A DNA stretch of 40,000 bases from NCBI RefSeq assembly GCF_041691455.1, contig NZ_JBEPUO010000007.1:97951-137950 (forward strand), in the 5' to 3' direction. Every line of letters begins with the position of its first letter. The stretch's first letter is position 1. Shown one piece after another: positions 27,401-35,852 of the stretch. The stretch comes from Phenylobacterium sp. Lineage in GTDB: Bacteria; Pseudomonadota; Alphaproteobacteria; Caulobacterales; Caulobacteraceae. A program made the position numbers and the translations under genes. The notes beneath the pieces are model-generated. The model searched no databases, was not told the DNA's origin, and saw only the letters and a program-made list of their open reading frames with translations.

Positions 27401-27457
27401 GTCGATATTGATGACGTCCGTGACGCGCTCGGGATCCCAGCAGACGACCTGTTTCAT
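24446..27457 (-). CDS. dpdH: large P-loop NTPase, DpdH-like
   Basis: 1003 aa. Walker A is AVLGPSGAGKSHVIHRM. A candidate Walker B, ELVILFEEFARLQG, lies about 240 aa downstream. ATGA overlap with the dpdG stop. Confidence 0.7.
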   Translation of the reverse strand: MKQVVCWDPERVTDVINIDADFVPDPVFWAVDTATPLRVTDPYAGPAREMSTEQLVEQFLDPVRGHYQLAVLGPSGAGKSHVIHRMRQLVELRSGFEVLAIRRLETNLRAVLEKLIQRLPPEERARYLEDLQRAGTTLATPEAQKSVLLDSLAQAIEEDTPQPQPGMDPELEQVLLAALPDLLRDPHLRPTKFLADGEVVSQLVDRLFSAREGKRLDEQILFDKDSLPLSGLDLLKCSKPARDAIEIYLYDADRTIPSVLTVINRNLNRAIARALNFSGDLLGELMGRIRTRLKAEGRELVILFEEFARLQGYDLAMLSALLVQGGENLCNVRWALACTSGRFRDLPDTVRTRMDAIVDLEDAPPRPDLAAFTARYLNAVRVGKTGLDQAFGLSARELPNACEGCEWRPDCFAAFGASREGMGLYPFTAAALPDFARRAGADDGERFNPRRFQRRVLKPVLMEEAANLKTGSFPSLALLNQLGGADILSFERGRLQEKAGPRFDQYLAFYQLWNAGRLNGAADPALQAFGLPPLSGFAESGPEPIEDDISSAEAAASDDGTSSSAGPKVAARDPVAVQLGAWIDGGRLDQSLAQTLRNGLFPLIERSIDWDELGLLPTTFASATASTGNRPFRNQSIQFANQATTGGVGGAIRLELPLRRDAAGFTATALALEVLLKHQKTGDWNQAFGLEGLAALSELATACANEVSRQLKGLAGNPKTWDPVAGAVDLLLVGSALAGGLATGPITDEKMIEAIFRPMPDESPFADGKLSAVYTRLRTKRANLQSLLRAHVSASKGGRQGRPIDPRPVRDAARRLRRQKWALSRTPAPLPDLYAEIGDLYALVLRDLPPALAAERDARVAWLAEIDAAFGPETGRQDILQAARAAAAAAIAEGVHAPAPALERSCAELAQVQFDAAVRSARVVATADPPEAELPTYARGRREAVEAASRLVTAWTAFLDAAETEIAQKRTDAGVDQISEKIGRLSQVVDDLVSELEPLETEA

Positions 27458-28317
27458 GCGGCCAGCCCCGGCCGCGCGACATGGCTCACCCGGCCGGCGT
27501 CCAGCAGACCTGGTACGAAGACCACCTCGGCGTCGTTGAGCATGTCGAAGGTCAGGACGCCCCGCTGTTTGGCGCGCTGCAGGGCCAGGGCCAGGGCCGG
27601 AGACGCCGCCCGGTCGGCGGATTCCAGACCGATCCGGTCCGCCACTTCGCGTCGTACGGCCCCGCCGTCGAACACAGGGCAGACCTTCGCCAGGTCGCTC
27701 ATGAACTTCCCGAGCGTGGCCTCGGCCCCCGGCGCCAGGACGCGATCAAGGCGCGCGAGCAGCGCCGCCGTCGGATCGGGCACGACGATCTCGTCCTTCA
27801 GGTTGAAGCGGGTGACGAACCCCAGGGTCCGGGCCCAGTAGACGGCCTGCTGAAAGCGGCTGTCGTTCGACATTCCGTAAGTGTCGCTCTGCCCGAGCTG
27901 ACGGAAGATCCGGGTGGTGGCGCCCGAGCCGCCCCACGGCAGGGCCTCCAGCGGATCCTGGCACAGGAACCAGGCGATGGCCCCCGCCATCCATCCCGAC
28001 GAAGGGCCGGCGCTATCGACCTGATCGACCATCCGGGAGGCGGCCACGTCCAGGAACGTCAGGCCCGGCTGGCGCACGGCTTCGGCCAGCCGCACCCGGT
28101 CCTCCTGCGCCTCGAATACGCCGAGATCCACACCGAGCCCGAGGCAGTCGCCCAAGGCGTTGTCTTCCCCGGGTTCGTCGCCCCGCGCCAGGGACGGCGG
28201 TCCCACCAGGGCCGCAAGCTTCTCGCGCTCCTCGCCCGGCTCTCCGGCCTCCGCCAGGATATCGAACAGGATCGTCATCCGGTGAGGGGTCGCGCCGACG
28301 GCGGTGATGGCCTTCAT
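27454..28317 (-). CDS. dpdG: DpdG-like hypothetical protein
   Basis: 287 aa. ATGA overlaps on both sides. Composition is balanced. No motif recognised. The name comes from position and size only. Confidence 0.5.
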   Translation of the reverse strand: MKAITAVGATPHRMTILFDILAEAGEPGEEREKLAALVGPPSLARGDEPGEDNALGDCLGLGVDLGVFEAQEDRVRLAEAVRQPGLTFLDVAASRMVDQVDSAGPSSGWMAGAIAWFLCQDPLEALPWGGSGATTRIFRQLGQSDTYGMSNDSRFQQAVYWARTLGFVTRFNLKDEIVVPDPTAALLARLDRVLAPGAEATLGKFMSDLAKVCPVFDGGAVRREVADRIGLESADRAASPALALALQRAKQRGVLTFDMLNDAEVVFVPGLLDAGRVSHVARPGLAA

Positions 28318-30794
28318 GTGCCCAGCCTCTCCAGCAATGCGTCCAAGGAGATCACCCGGCCGTTGTAGCGCTCCAGCAGGGCTTCGCCAGGCCGGTCCGG
28401 ATCCGGAAAATCCTCCGGCAGCAGGACGACGCGGGCATCGCGCCGTGGTTCCCCGAGCCGAACGGACCCGCCGGGCGCCACAAGCAGCACTTCGGCGCCC
28501 CGGGGAAGCCTCGACGTGGCGCGGCTCGCCGCAACGCTCGTGAAGATCGGCAAGGTCTCCAGGGCCTCAAGCGCCCGCGAGAACAGAGGCTGGGGCTCGC
28601 CGGGCATGCGGAGCATGCGCACGCCGCCGCCCCAGATCTCCGCCAGGGCCGAGGCCGCGCGGCGAAGGCTGTAGCCGCCGGACGCGCCCGGCGCATAGGT
28701 CACCACGAGTTCGCCGTCCTCGATCAGGTCGGCCAGCGGCGGCCAGCAGGGCGGCGCGTCCCAGGGGGACGCCGGTTCCCGCCGCAGGGGATCGGGACGC
28801 GCGGCGTGGGGGTCGACCCGGCAGAGACGACAGGAACTGCAGCCGGCGAGAAGGCGATCGGCGCCATAGAGCGACTCGAGCAGCGCCGAGGGGCAGATGT
28901 TCCCGCGCAGGTGTTGCAGCATCAGGTTCAGGTTGCGGGTTCGGGCCGCGGCGATCGCCGCGCGCACCGGCTCCACGAACCGCGTCCAGATCTCGGCCTT
29001 CAGGTGTCCCGGCTCGAGCACCTCGATCGTCTCGTAGACCCCCGGTTCGTCTGGGCCGGAGGCCACGTCGCCGACCAGCCGCACCAGGCCGGCGCGGCTC
29101 ATCAGGGTCAGGATGCGCGCATTCCACTGCAGACTGCGTTCGCCCACCAGATCGATATCGGCCTCGTCCGGGCCCGGCGCGACGTCGAGGCGGACCCGCA
29201 CGCGCTGGCCGCCCAGATGGCGGCTGTCGGGGTGATGGAACATCGCGCTCCAGCGCTGCAGACCGCGCACGACGGTGATCACCCGCTCGCGGTTGAGCCC
29301 ACGGGCGACCCGCACGTCCGCCACGGTCGGGGCGATCAACGATAGGCACGCCCCGCCGTCCCGGCCGCCCCGGCCGACCTCCTGATAGAACCGGTCGAAG
29401 GTCTCGGGCACACAGGCGTGGATCACGCTGCGGACGTGCGGATAGTCGATCCCCAGGCCGAACGCCGAGGTGGCCACGACCAGGTCCAGTTCACCGCCGC
29501 GCCAGGCCGCCAGGGTCTTTTCGCGTTCGGCGTCGGGCGATTTTCCGTGAAAGGCGGCGCACCGGCGGAAGCCCATTTCGCGGATCCGGGCCGCCCACCG
29601 CACGGCGTCCGCGACCTTGGTGACATAGAGCACGGCCGGCCGCGGCGCATGCAGCAGGGCCGCCTCCACCGTCGCCTCCCGGGTGGGCTCGTCGGCGACG
29701 GGCGCGACGTAGTAGGCCGGCTCGGGGCGCGTCTGCGCCGCCGACAGCAGGCGCAACCGGTCGGGGGCCGCGAACAGGGTTTCGAGCGTGTCCAGGGTCT
29801 CGGGCGTCAGCGTCGCCGACAGCAGGATGGTGCGCAGCGCGAGGTCCGGGGGCGCCGCCGCCATCAGTTCGTGGCGCAGCCCCGACAGGCTCTGGAATTC
29901 CGGCCGGAAGCCGGTGCCCCAGGCGTCGACCAGGTGCGCTTCGTCCAGCACCAGTGCTTTCAGCCGGCCCGCCTGGGCGAGATCCACCAGGTCCGATCGC
30001 AGGCTGCCGCAGGCCGCCTCCGGCGCCGCAAAGACCAGGCCCGACTTCAGGACGGTCAGCCGCTCCCGGATCGCGGCCCGCCGGGCGGCGTCCTGTCCGA
30101 CGTAGGCCAGGATCTCATCCGGATCGCGGCGACAGGCGTTCTCGTGGTCGTAGCCGAGCGCCACCGTGGGCACCACGACCAAGGTCACGCCCTCGCCGCC
30201 CGAGGTGCGGCCTGACGCGAAGCCCACCCGGTCGATGGCGCGGAAGACCAGGCTCTTGCCTTCGCCGGTGGGCAGATCGATCGCCAGGGCGCCGCCGGCG
30301 GGCGTCAGCAAGGCGGCGCGCACCGCCGCCCGTTGGCCGACCGAACGATAGCGCGCGTAGCCGAGCGGCCGAACGAAGGGATCGGGCGACGGACCCTGGT
30401 CTGCCGCCCCAAACCGTCGGCGGGCCGCCGCGGCCGCGACGGCGTCTGGCTCGGGCTCCGGGTCGGCGAGCCAGGGCGGCCGCCAGGGGGCCGCCCAGAG
30501 ATGCGACCCGTCGGGAGACTCCAGGCCGGCCGCGCGCAGGGACGCCGGGTCGAGGATCCGGACAGTCGGACGCCGGCATCGCGCAGGCCGCTCCAGGGGA
30601 CTTCGGCTGGTTTCCAGCAGCAGCAGCTGGCGCAGGAGGACGGCGAGATCCAGAGCGCTGGCCGACGGGTCCGCGAGCGCCTGACGCAGACGTTCGCCCG
30701 CAGGATCCGCGACGGTGAAATCGTCGAGACCCCGCTCGCCGACCAGGGCCGCGCGGAGCGCTGCGAACGCCGGGCCGTCGCTGACGACCGTCAT
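28314..30794 (-). CDS. dpdF: RecQ-like DEAD/DEAH helicase, DpdF-like
   Basis: 826 aa. Motifs: AIDLPTGEGKSLVF (I), LVLDEAHLVDAWGTGFRPEF (II, RecQ-style), LLSATLTPE (III), ATSAFGLGIDYPHVRSVIH (V), YQEVGRGGRDG (VI). Confidence 0.85.
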   Translation of the reverse strand: MTVVSDGPAFAALRAALVGERGLDDFTVADPAGERLRQALADPSASALDLAVLLRQLLLLETSRSPLERPARCRRPTVRILDPASLRAAGLESPDGSHLWAAPWRPPWLADPEPEPDAVAAAAARRRFGAADQGPSPDPFVRPLGYARYRSVGQRAAVRAALLTPAGGALAIDLPTGEGKSLVFRAIDRVGFASGRTSGGEGVTLVVVPTVALGYDHENACRRDPDEILAYVGQDAARRAAIRERLTVLKSGLVFAAPEAACGSLRSDLVDLAQAGRLKALVLDEAHLVDAWGTGFRPEFQSLSGLRHELMAAAPPDLALRTILLSATLTPETLDTLETLFAAPDRLRLLSAAQTRPEPAYYVAPVADEPTREATVEAALLHAPRPAVLYVTKVADAVRWAARIREMGFRRCAAFHGKSPDAEREKTLAAWRGGELDLVVATSAFGLGIDYPHVRSVIHACVPETFDRFYQEVGRGGRDGGACLSLIAPTVADVRVARGLNRERVITVVRGLQRWSAMFHHPDSRHLGGQRVRVRLDVAPGPDEADIDLVGERSLQWNARILTLMSRAGLVRLVGDVASGPDEPGVYETIEVLEPGHLKAEIWTRFVEPVRAAIAAARTRNLNLMLQHLRGNICPSALLESLYGADRLLAGCSSCRLCRVDPHAARPDPLRREPASPWDAPPCWPPLADLIEDGELVVTYAPGASGGYSLRRAASALAEIWGGGVRMLRMPGEPQPLFSRALEALETLPIFTSVAASRATSRLPRGAEVLLVAPGGSVRLGEPRRDARVVLLPEDFPDPDRPGEALLERYNGRVISLDALLERLGT

Positions 30795-33700
30795 CGGCGC
30801 GCAGCCTGCGGAATGTGGCCCGCGGCGACGATGGCCCCGACGCAGTCCAGCCGGGCGGCGGGTCGGGCGATCGCGTCAGCCACCATGGCGTCGAGCTCGG
30901 CCTCCCGCGCCAGCGTCGGCGACGGCCGGATCTGGCGGCGCACGCTCCGGCGCGCCGCGCGGCGGTCCAGTTCGGCGCTCGCCATCCCGCGCCCCTTCTG
31001 CGTCCAGGCTTCATAGTCGGGCGAAGCCACGAGGCGCGCCAGAGCCACGTCGCGCGCCGCGAAACACAGGCTCGCGAAGGCCTTGGGCTGCAGGACGCGC
31101 GCGAGCCAGTCTGGGCGGCTGCCGAGGTTGAAGTCGCGCCCACCCTCCTCCAGGGCCTCCGGCGCAAACGGCCGCTCCAGGATCTTCAGCCAGGCCGGGT
31201 CGTCGATGGTCTCCAGGTCCGGGCCGATATGCTGGGTCAGGGTCCAGGTGGGCATCAGCGACTGGGCGAACCGCTCCAGCGCCTCCACCGACTCGCCGCC
31301 TTCCAGTCGGGCCGCGTCGATGCGGCCCGGACCCACCACCCAGCAAAGGCGGAAAGCCAGCCGCTCTTCGCCCCATCCGCCGCCGCCCGGCTCGAAGCGC
31401 CAAGTGGCGAACGCCGATCCACGGTCGTCCCAGTCGAGGAGCTGCTGCAGCGGCTCGGTCAGAGCCGATCCCGGACGGATCAACCGGACGTCCTTGCGCG
31501 CGACGGCGACGCGACGCTTCCAGGTGAGCGGAACCTGCAGCGCCGGCGCAAAGCGCCGGCCCCACGGCGGGTCCGGCAACTGGGTGTCGGGCGCCCAGGC
31601 CAGCGTGAAGGCGTCGGCATCCAGCGCCCGCACCTTCAACTGCAGCATGCCGCGAACCAGACCGTCGACGTCGCGGCCAAGGGCGGACTCGTCCACTTCC
31701 GCCGCCTCGATCGACTCCACCAGGCTGCGCGCCGAGTCGCGCGACATCGCCAGCTGATCCAGGGCGTATTGCTCGTCGAGCGCGGTACGCTGGGCGCTGA
31801 GCTGCGCCCTGAGGCCGGGCTCGAATTCGGCAAGCGCCTCCGGACCCTGAAGCAGCCGCTCTTCGATCTCCGCATCGATCGCGGCGAGCGCAAACTGAAT
31901 GTCGCTGGTCGGCTTGTCGAAGATTTCGAATCCGGTCCGCAGGAGCTGCAGCCAGGCCGTCCACAGCGTGTCGTCGTCCAAGGCGGGCGTCAGGACGATA
32001 TGCCGGATCGGACCCTTGGTTCGACCAAAGCGATCGAGGCGCCCGATCCGCTGTTCGAGCCGCCCCACGGCGAAGGGCAGGTCGGCGTGCAGGATGGCGT
32101 CCGCGAAATGCAGATTCAGCCCCTCCTCTCCCGCTTCGCTCAGCACCGCGAGCGCCGGCCCGGGATGCCCTTCGAAAGCCTGCGCCAGATCGGCCTGGCC
32201 AGCGGCGGCGAAGACGGCGGTGTCCGCCGTCGCGCCCGCACACTCGGCGACTGCCGCGGCCATGTCGGCCTCCGAGCAGAAGACGACGAGTTTTGGCGCC
32301 GACGCGCCCGCGGACCGCAGGAACCGCAACTGGCGCGTCGCGATCTCGGCGACGAGGGGCGCCCGGCGCACAACGCGATCCGGGCCGAGGCTTTCGGCCA
32401 TGGCGCGCACGAGGTCGGCCTCGCCGGCGAAGAACTCGGTGGGCTCCGATGGAAGGTCCCGACCCGTCGTCACGGCCTCCAGCAAGGCCACGTGTCGCCG
32501 TTGCAGACGCTTCGCCGCCTCGGGTTTCGCCTCTTGCGCCAGCAAGGCCGCTGTCCGCCAGTCTTCCAGAGCCGCCAGAGCGCCGGCCAGCCCCGGGTCG
32601 TCGTCCTCTTCCTCGCGGACCGGCGCCGGACCCCTTGGCTGAAACTCCCATCCTTCGAGATCCGAGCGGCGGGCGCGGATGATCCTGTGATGGATGCGAT
32701 AGGTGTCGGCGATATGATCGCGCAGTCTGTCCGTCACGCCCGCGCGGGTTTCAGGGTCTTCGCTCTGGAGAAACCGCGCCGTGAGATCCTGGACGATCGG
32801 ATCCTCCGGGAAAGTCGACCGGGCTGCGGACATACGCTGCTTAAGGACGAAGGGACTGGCGTCCGCGCGCAACCCCAACAGGAGGCGACCATAGGTCTGC
32901 GCTTCGGCCACGTGCGTTCGAAAGTCCACGAGCGGCTCGTCGCCCCAGCGGTCGCGATCCAGAAGCTTGAGGAGCCCCAGCAGCGTCGCCTCATGGCCGA
33001 TGGGCGGAGTCGCCGACAGCAGCAGCAATTTCTCCGCCACCGCCGAGAGGCGCAGCAAGGGCGCGGGCAGCACGTCCCCGCCCGCGAGCCGGTGCGCCTC
33101 GTCCACCACAAGGATCGTGGCTGGGCTCAGGCCGTCCGAGAGATCCGAATGCGGCCGGACCCGGGTGCGGTCCGCGCCAAGTCCGGAGAGCCCAAACCTT
33201 TCCTCCAGTTCGTGGGTCCATTGCCCCGTCAAGGTCTCGGGCGCCAGCACCAACGCGGTGGCGGACGGATCGTCGAGGAGCGTCTGGCGAACCACGGCCC
33301 CGGCTTCGATCGTCTTGCCGAGCCCGACCTCGTCGGCGAGCAGGTAACGCTGCAGGGGATCGTGCAGAATGCGCCGAACGGCATCGGCCTGGTGCGGCAC
33401 CAACTCCACGGAGGCCGACACCAAGCCGGTAAGGCCCTGCGCCGCTGCCCGAAGATTGGTCAGGGCGCGTCGCGCCGGCCAGCGCGCGTCCGCCCAGCGT
33501 TGGGTCTCCGCCGCGCCGAAGGCCAGCACCTCCGCCGGGTCCCCGTCGTTGCTAAAGCAGCGGACGCGGAGCGCCGATTCCGGGATGTCGCTGACGTCCT
33601 GGTTCGGCGCCCGGACCTCGTAGGTCACCGCTCCGCCGTCCTCGAGCAGGAAATCGCGAACTCGTCCCATGCGCCAGCGATCGTCGCTGCGGCGGAAGTA

Positions 33701-33994
33701 AACTCGGGTCTGGCGGGGCAGATAGGTGCGCCTCACCGTCTGGAGTGGCAGCCGGACGCGTTCCTGCCGCGTCGTCGAGTGAAAGAACTCCACGTCCGCA
33801 TGCTGATCGTCACGTCCCAGAAGCAGGCCGACGCCCCTAGGGTCGTCGACCTCCACAAAGTATGGCTGTTGCAAACTGACCAGCCCCCCGACCGAAGCAT
33901 GGACGTGAACCGCCATGTTCGGCAACCGCGAGTTGCTGGTCGGACGTGGGTGATCGCGACGAGACGTAGGCCTTAGCCCGCCGCCGTTGGCCAC
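30791..33994 (-). CDS. dpdE: SNF2/RapA-like helicase, DpdE-like
   Basis: Up to 1067 aa. Motifs: LLADEVGLGKTIEAG (I), VVDEAHRL (II), LLLSATPP (III), EEGLNLHFADAILHADLP (V), QRIGRLDRFGR (VI). The start is uncertain: GTG at 33994 or ATG at 33916 (MAVHVHASVGG), and neither has a clear SD. Confidence 0.85.
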   Translation of the reverse strand: MANGGGLRPTSRRDHPRPTSNSRLPNMAVHVHASVGGLVSLQQPYFVEVDDPRGVGLLLGRDDQHADVEFFHSTTRQERVRLPLQTVRRTYLPRQTRVYFRRSDDRWRMGRVRDFLLEDGGAVTYEVRAPNQDVSDIPESALRVRCFSNDGDPAEVLAFGAAETQRWADARWPARRALTNLRAAAQGLTGLVSASVELVPHQADAVRRILHDPLQRYLLADEVGLGKTIEAGAVVRQTLLDDPSATALVLAPETLTGQWTHELEERFGLSGLGADRTRVRPHSDLSDGLSPATILVVDEAHRLAGGDVLPAPLLRLSAVAEKLLLLSATPPIGHEATLLGLLKLLDRDRWGDEPLVDFRTHVAEAQTYGRLLLGLRADASPFVLKQRMSAARSTFPEDPIVQDLTARFLQSEDPETRAGVTDRLRDHIADTYRIHHRIIRARRSDLEGWEFQPRGPAPVREEEDDDPGLAGALAALEDWRTAALLAQEAKPEAAKRLQRRHVALLEAVTTGRDLPSEPTEFFAGEADLVRAMAESLGPDRVVRRAPLVAEIATRQLRFLRSAGASAPKLVVFCSEADMAAAVAECAGATADTAVFAAAGQADLAQAFEGHPGPALAVLSEAGEEGLNLHFADAILHADLPFAVGRLEQRIGRLDRFGRTKGPIRHIVLTPALDDDTLWTAWLQLLRTGFEIFDKPTSDIQFALAAIDAEIEERLLQGPEALAEFEPGLRAQLSAQRTALDEQYALDQLAMSRDSARSLVESIEAAEVDESALGRDVDGLVRGMLQLKVRALDADAFTLAWAPDTQLPDPPWGRRFAPALQVPLTWKRRVAVARKDVRLIRPGSALTEPLQQLLDWDDRGSAFATWRFEPGGGGWGEERLAFRLCWVVGPGRIDAARLEGGESVEALERFAQSLMPTWTLTQHIGPDLETIDDPAWLKILERPFAPEALEEGGRDFNLGSRPDWLARVLQPKAFASLCFAARDVALARLVASPDYEAWTQKGRGMASAELDRRAARRSVRRQIRPSPTLAREAELDAMVADAIARPAARLDCVGAIVAAGHIPQAARR

Positions 33995-34035
33995 CGGCCG
34001 CGTCGCGACCGCCGCAACCGGCGCCCGATTGCAAT

Positions 34036-34965
34036 CTAGTCCGGAGATTCGGCGGATGGCTCCACGGGAAGGCTCGCAAGCTCAGCGATCTGCTGGAACT
34101 CACTCAGATATTCCGGTCGATGCTGGGCCAACCACTTCACCACCGAGGCGCTGGCGAGAAGCTTGGTGACATAGGCCTTGGCGACCGTCAGGTGGAGATT
34201 GTCGAGGCCGTAGGTCTCCTCCACAGACTTGATCTGCACTTGAAGGCCGGCGAGTTCCCGCTCCAGCCGTGCCACCTGCTCACGGGTGACAGCGCTCGTG
34301 TCGGCGGTTTTTCGGCTGCGCTTTCCGGCCGCCAGTTGCCCGTCTGGCGTGGCCGCCAGCAAGGCCATGGCGAAGGGACGTCCGAAGTTGTTGTGGCCCA
34401 GCATGAGTTCGGCGGCTTCGCGCTGGCGGAGCGGCCCCATTTTTCGCAAAACATCGAACACCGCGAATGAACAGGGCGCGTCCCGTAGCAGCTCCGCCAC
34501 ATCGTCGCTGATCCCGTCCATCAACCGGGCGCGACGCTGGATGGCGCTGACATTGATCCCCAGAGCCTCGGCCAGCCGTTCCTCCGGAACGCCGCGTTCG
34601 ATCGCCCGAACGATCATTCTGTGCTCTTGCGGCGGCGACAGCCGATTGACGCGCTTATTGTAGGTGAAGGCCTCGTCGTCGGTGGACACGAGGCAGTCGA
34701 CGGAACTCATCCCGAGGTCGCGCAGCGCCTCCACGCGCAGATGCCCGTCGACGATGAAGTAGGTCCCGGGGTTGGCGGTGTCGGGGGTCACCACCGGTGG
34801 CTCCACCAAGCCCACCGCGCGGATCGAGGTGACAATCTGCCGGTATTTGGCGCTGAGCTTGATGTCATCCTGCAGGGGCTTGAGCGGCAGCAAAGCGTCG
34901 AGATCCACCTGGATGCTCCTCGCCTCGAAGCCCCAGGCCACCCGCGATGGCGGCTCGGTCATCAA
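34036..34965 (-). CDS. ParB N-terminal (ParB/Srx-like) domain protein
   Basis: About 308 aa. IQVDLDALLPLKP...SIRAVGLVEPPVV...YFIVDGHLRVEALRDLG is the ParB-N pattern. An HTH-like segment follows (ERLAEALGINVSAIQRR). The start is TTG at 34965 or ATG at 34962, overlapping the upstream stop. Confidence 0.75.
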   Translation of the reverse strand: MMTEPPSRVAWGFEARSIQVDLDALLPLKPLQDDIKLSAKYRQIVTSIRAVGLVEPPVVTPDTANPGTYFIVDGHLRVEALRDLGMSSVDCLVSTDDEAFTYNKRVNRLSPPQEHRMIVRAIERGVPEERLAEALGINVSAIQRRARLMDGISDDVAELLRDAPCSFAVFDVLRKMGPLRQREAAELMLGHNNFGRPFAMALLAATPDGQLAAGKRSRKTADTSAVTREQVARLERELAGLQVQIKSVEETYGLDNLHLTVAKAYVTKLLASASVVKWLAQHRPEYLSEFQQIAELASLPVEPSAESPD

Positions 34966-35852
34966 CCGCGCTCGCCGGCCAGCCGCGCATCCAACGCGCG
35001 CGGCATGGTGTCGAGCTGTTCGGATCGCAGCAGGTTGGCAAAGGTCCGATCTTGGCGGAGTTCTTTGAGCGCTTGGACGATGAACAGCAGGCGGCTTTGG
35101 ACAAAGTCCGCCTTCTTAGCGATCAGCCTCTGCCGGTCCGCCTCCTTGCGAAAAATCTGCACCAACTGCTCGGCGGTCGGCCGCTGCCGAACGGTGGAGC
35201 GTCCAAACCGCTGAGGTCCCACGCCGCCGCGCCGCTGACGGCGCTCCAACAGACGACGCACCGTCTCCACGTTGCGGCCCTTGATGCGTCCGTCGGCATA
35301 GGCGTCGGCGAGGGCCTGCTGGATGCCGCCATCATCACTGCGCGCGATGGTCACCGCCAAGGTCAGAGGAATCAGCCCGCTTTCCACGGCGCCGATCAGT
35401 CGTTCCTCGCCCTTCTCAAGCAGACCAACGATCAGGCTGACCCAAGACGCAGTGACCCCGATCTTCTGGGCGACCTCGGCGTCGGAATAGCCGCGCTTTC
35501 GAAGCGCGCCCACCTCGCGCATCAGATCGATACCGCGATGCTGCGGCCGGGCGACGTTTTCCACCAGACTGCGGACCAAGCAGTCCTCCTCCGCCAGATC
35601 CACGACGATGGCGGGGATCCTCGTCTCTCCCAGCGCCTGAAAGGCCTCGAGCCGGCCCTGCCCGCAGATTAGGTCGAAGCGATCCTCGCCGTCTGCGCCA
35701 CGCCGGCGGCTCACGGTGATCGGCCGCTTCAGCCCCACGGCCTCGATGTTGTCGATGATCTCGCGATGGACCCGCCGGCCGCGGCCGCGAGGGTTCAGCA
35801 CGGTGATGCGGTCGATCGGCACCACCTCGATCTGGATGTCCGACTCCGACAT
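34962..35852 (-). CDS. ParB/RepB-like protein (ParB-N domain plus HTH plus RepB-type C-terminus)
   Basis: 296 aa. IEVVPIDRITVLNPRGR...NIEAVGLKRPITV...LICGQGRLEAFQALG is ParB-N. AEVAQKIGVTASWVSLIV is an HTH. The ATG shares one nucleotide with the recombinase stop (TGATG). Confidence 0.8.
   Translation of the reverse strand: MSESDIQIEVVPIDRITVLNPRGRGRRVHREIIDNIEAVGLKRPITVSRRRGADGEDRFDLICGQGRLEAFQALGETRIPAIVVDLAEEDCLVRSLVENVARPQHRGIDLMREVGALRKRGYSDAEVAQKIGVTASWVSLIVGLLEKGEERLIGAVESGLIPLTLAVTIARSDDGGIQQALADAYADGRIKGRNVETVRRLLERRQRRGGVGPQRFGRSTVRQRPTAEQLVQIFRKEADRQRLIAKKADFVQSRLLFIVQALKELRQDRTFANLLRSEQLDTMPRALDARLAGERG

Noticed and set aside
25782-32651. Alternate-frame minus-strand ORFs 25782..27482 (566 aa), 28567..29349, 30115..31167 and 31011..32651 (546 aa)
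   Set aside because: They overlap dpdH, dpdF and dpdE in other frames, give Arg/Pro/Gly-rich translations, and have no motifs.
30815-33976. 1053-aa plus-strand ORF spanning almost the whole dpdE locus
   Set aside because: It lies antisense to a gene with a complete set of SNF2 helicase motifs. Its translation is Arg/Gly/Pro/Ala-rich with no recognisable motif. Long stop-free antisense frames are expected in GC-rich coding DNA.
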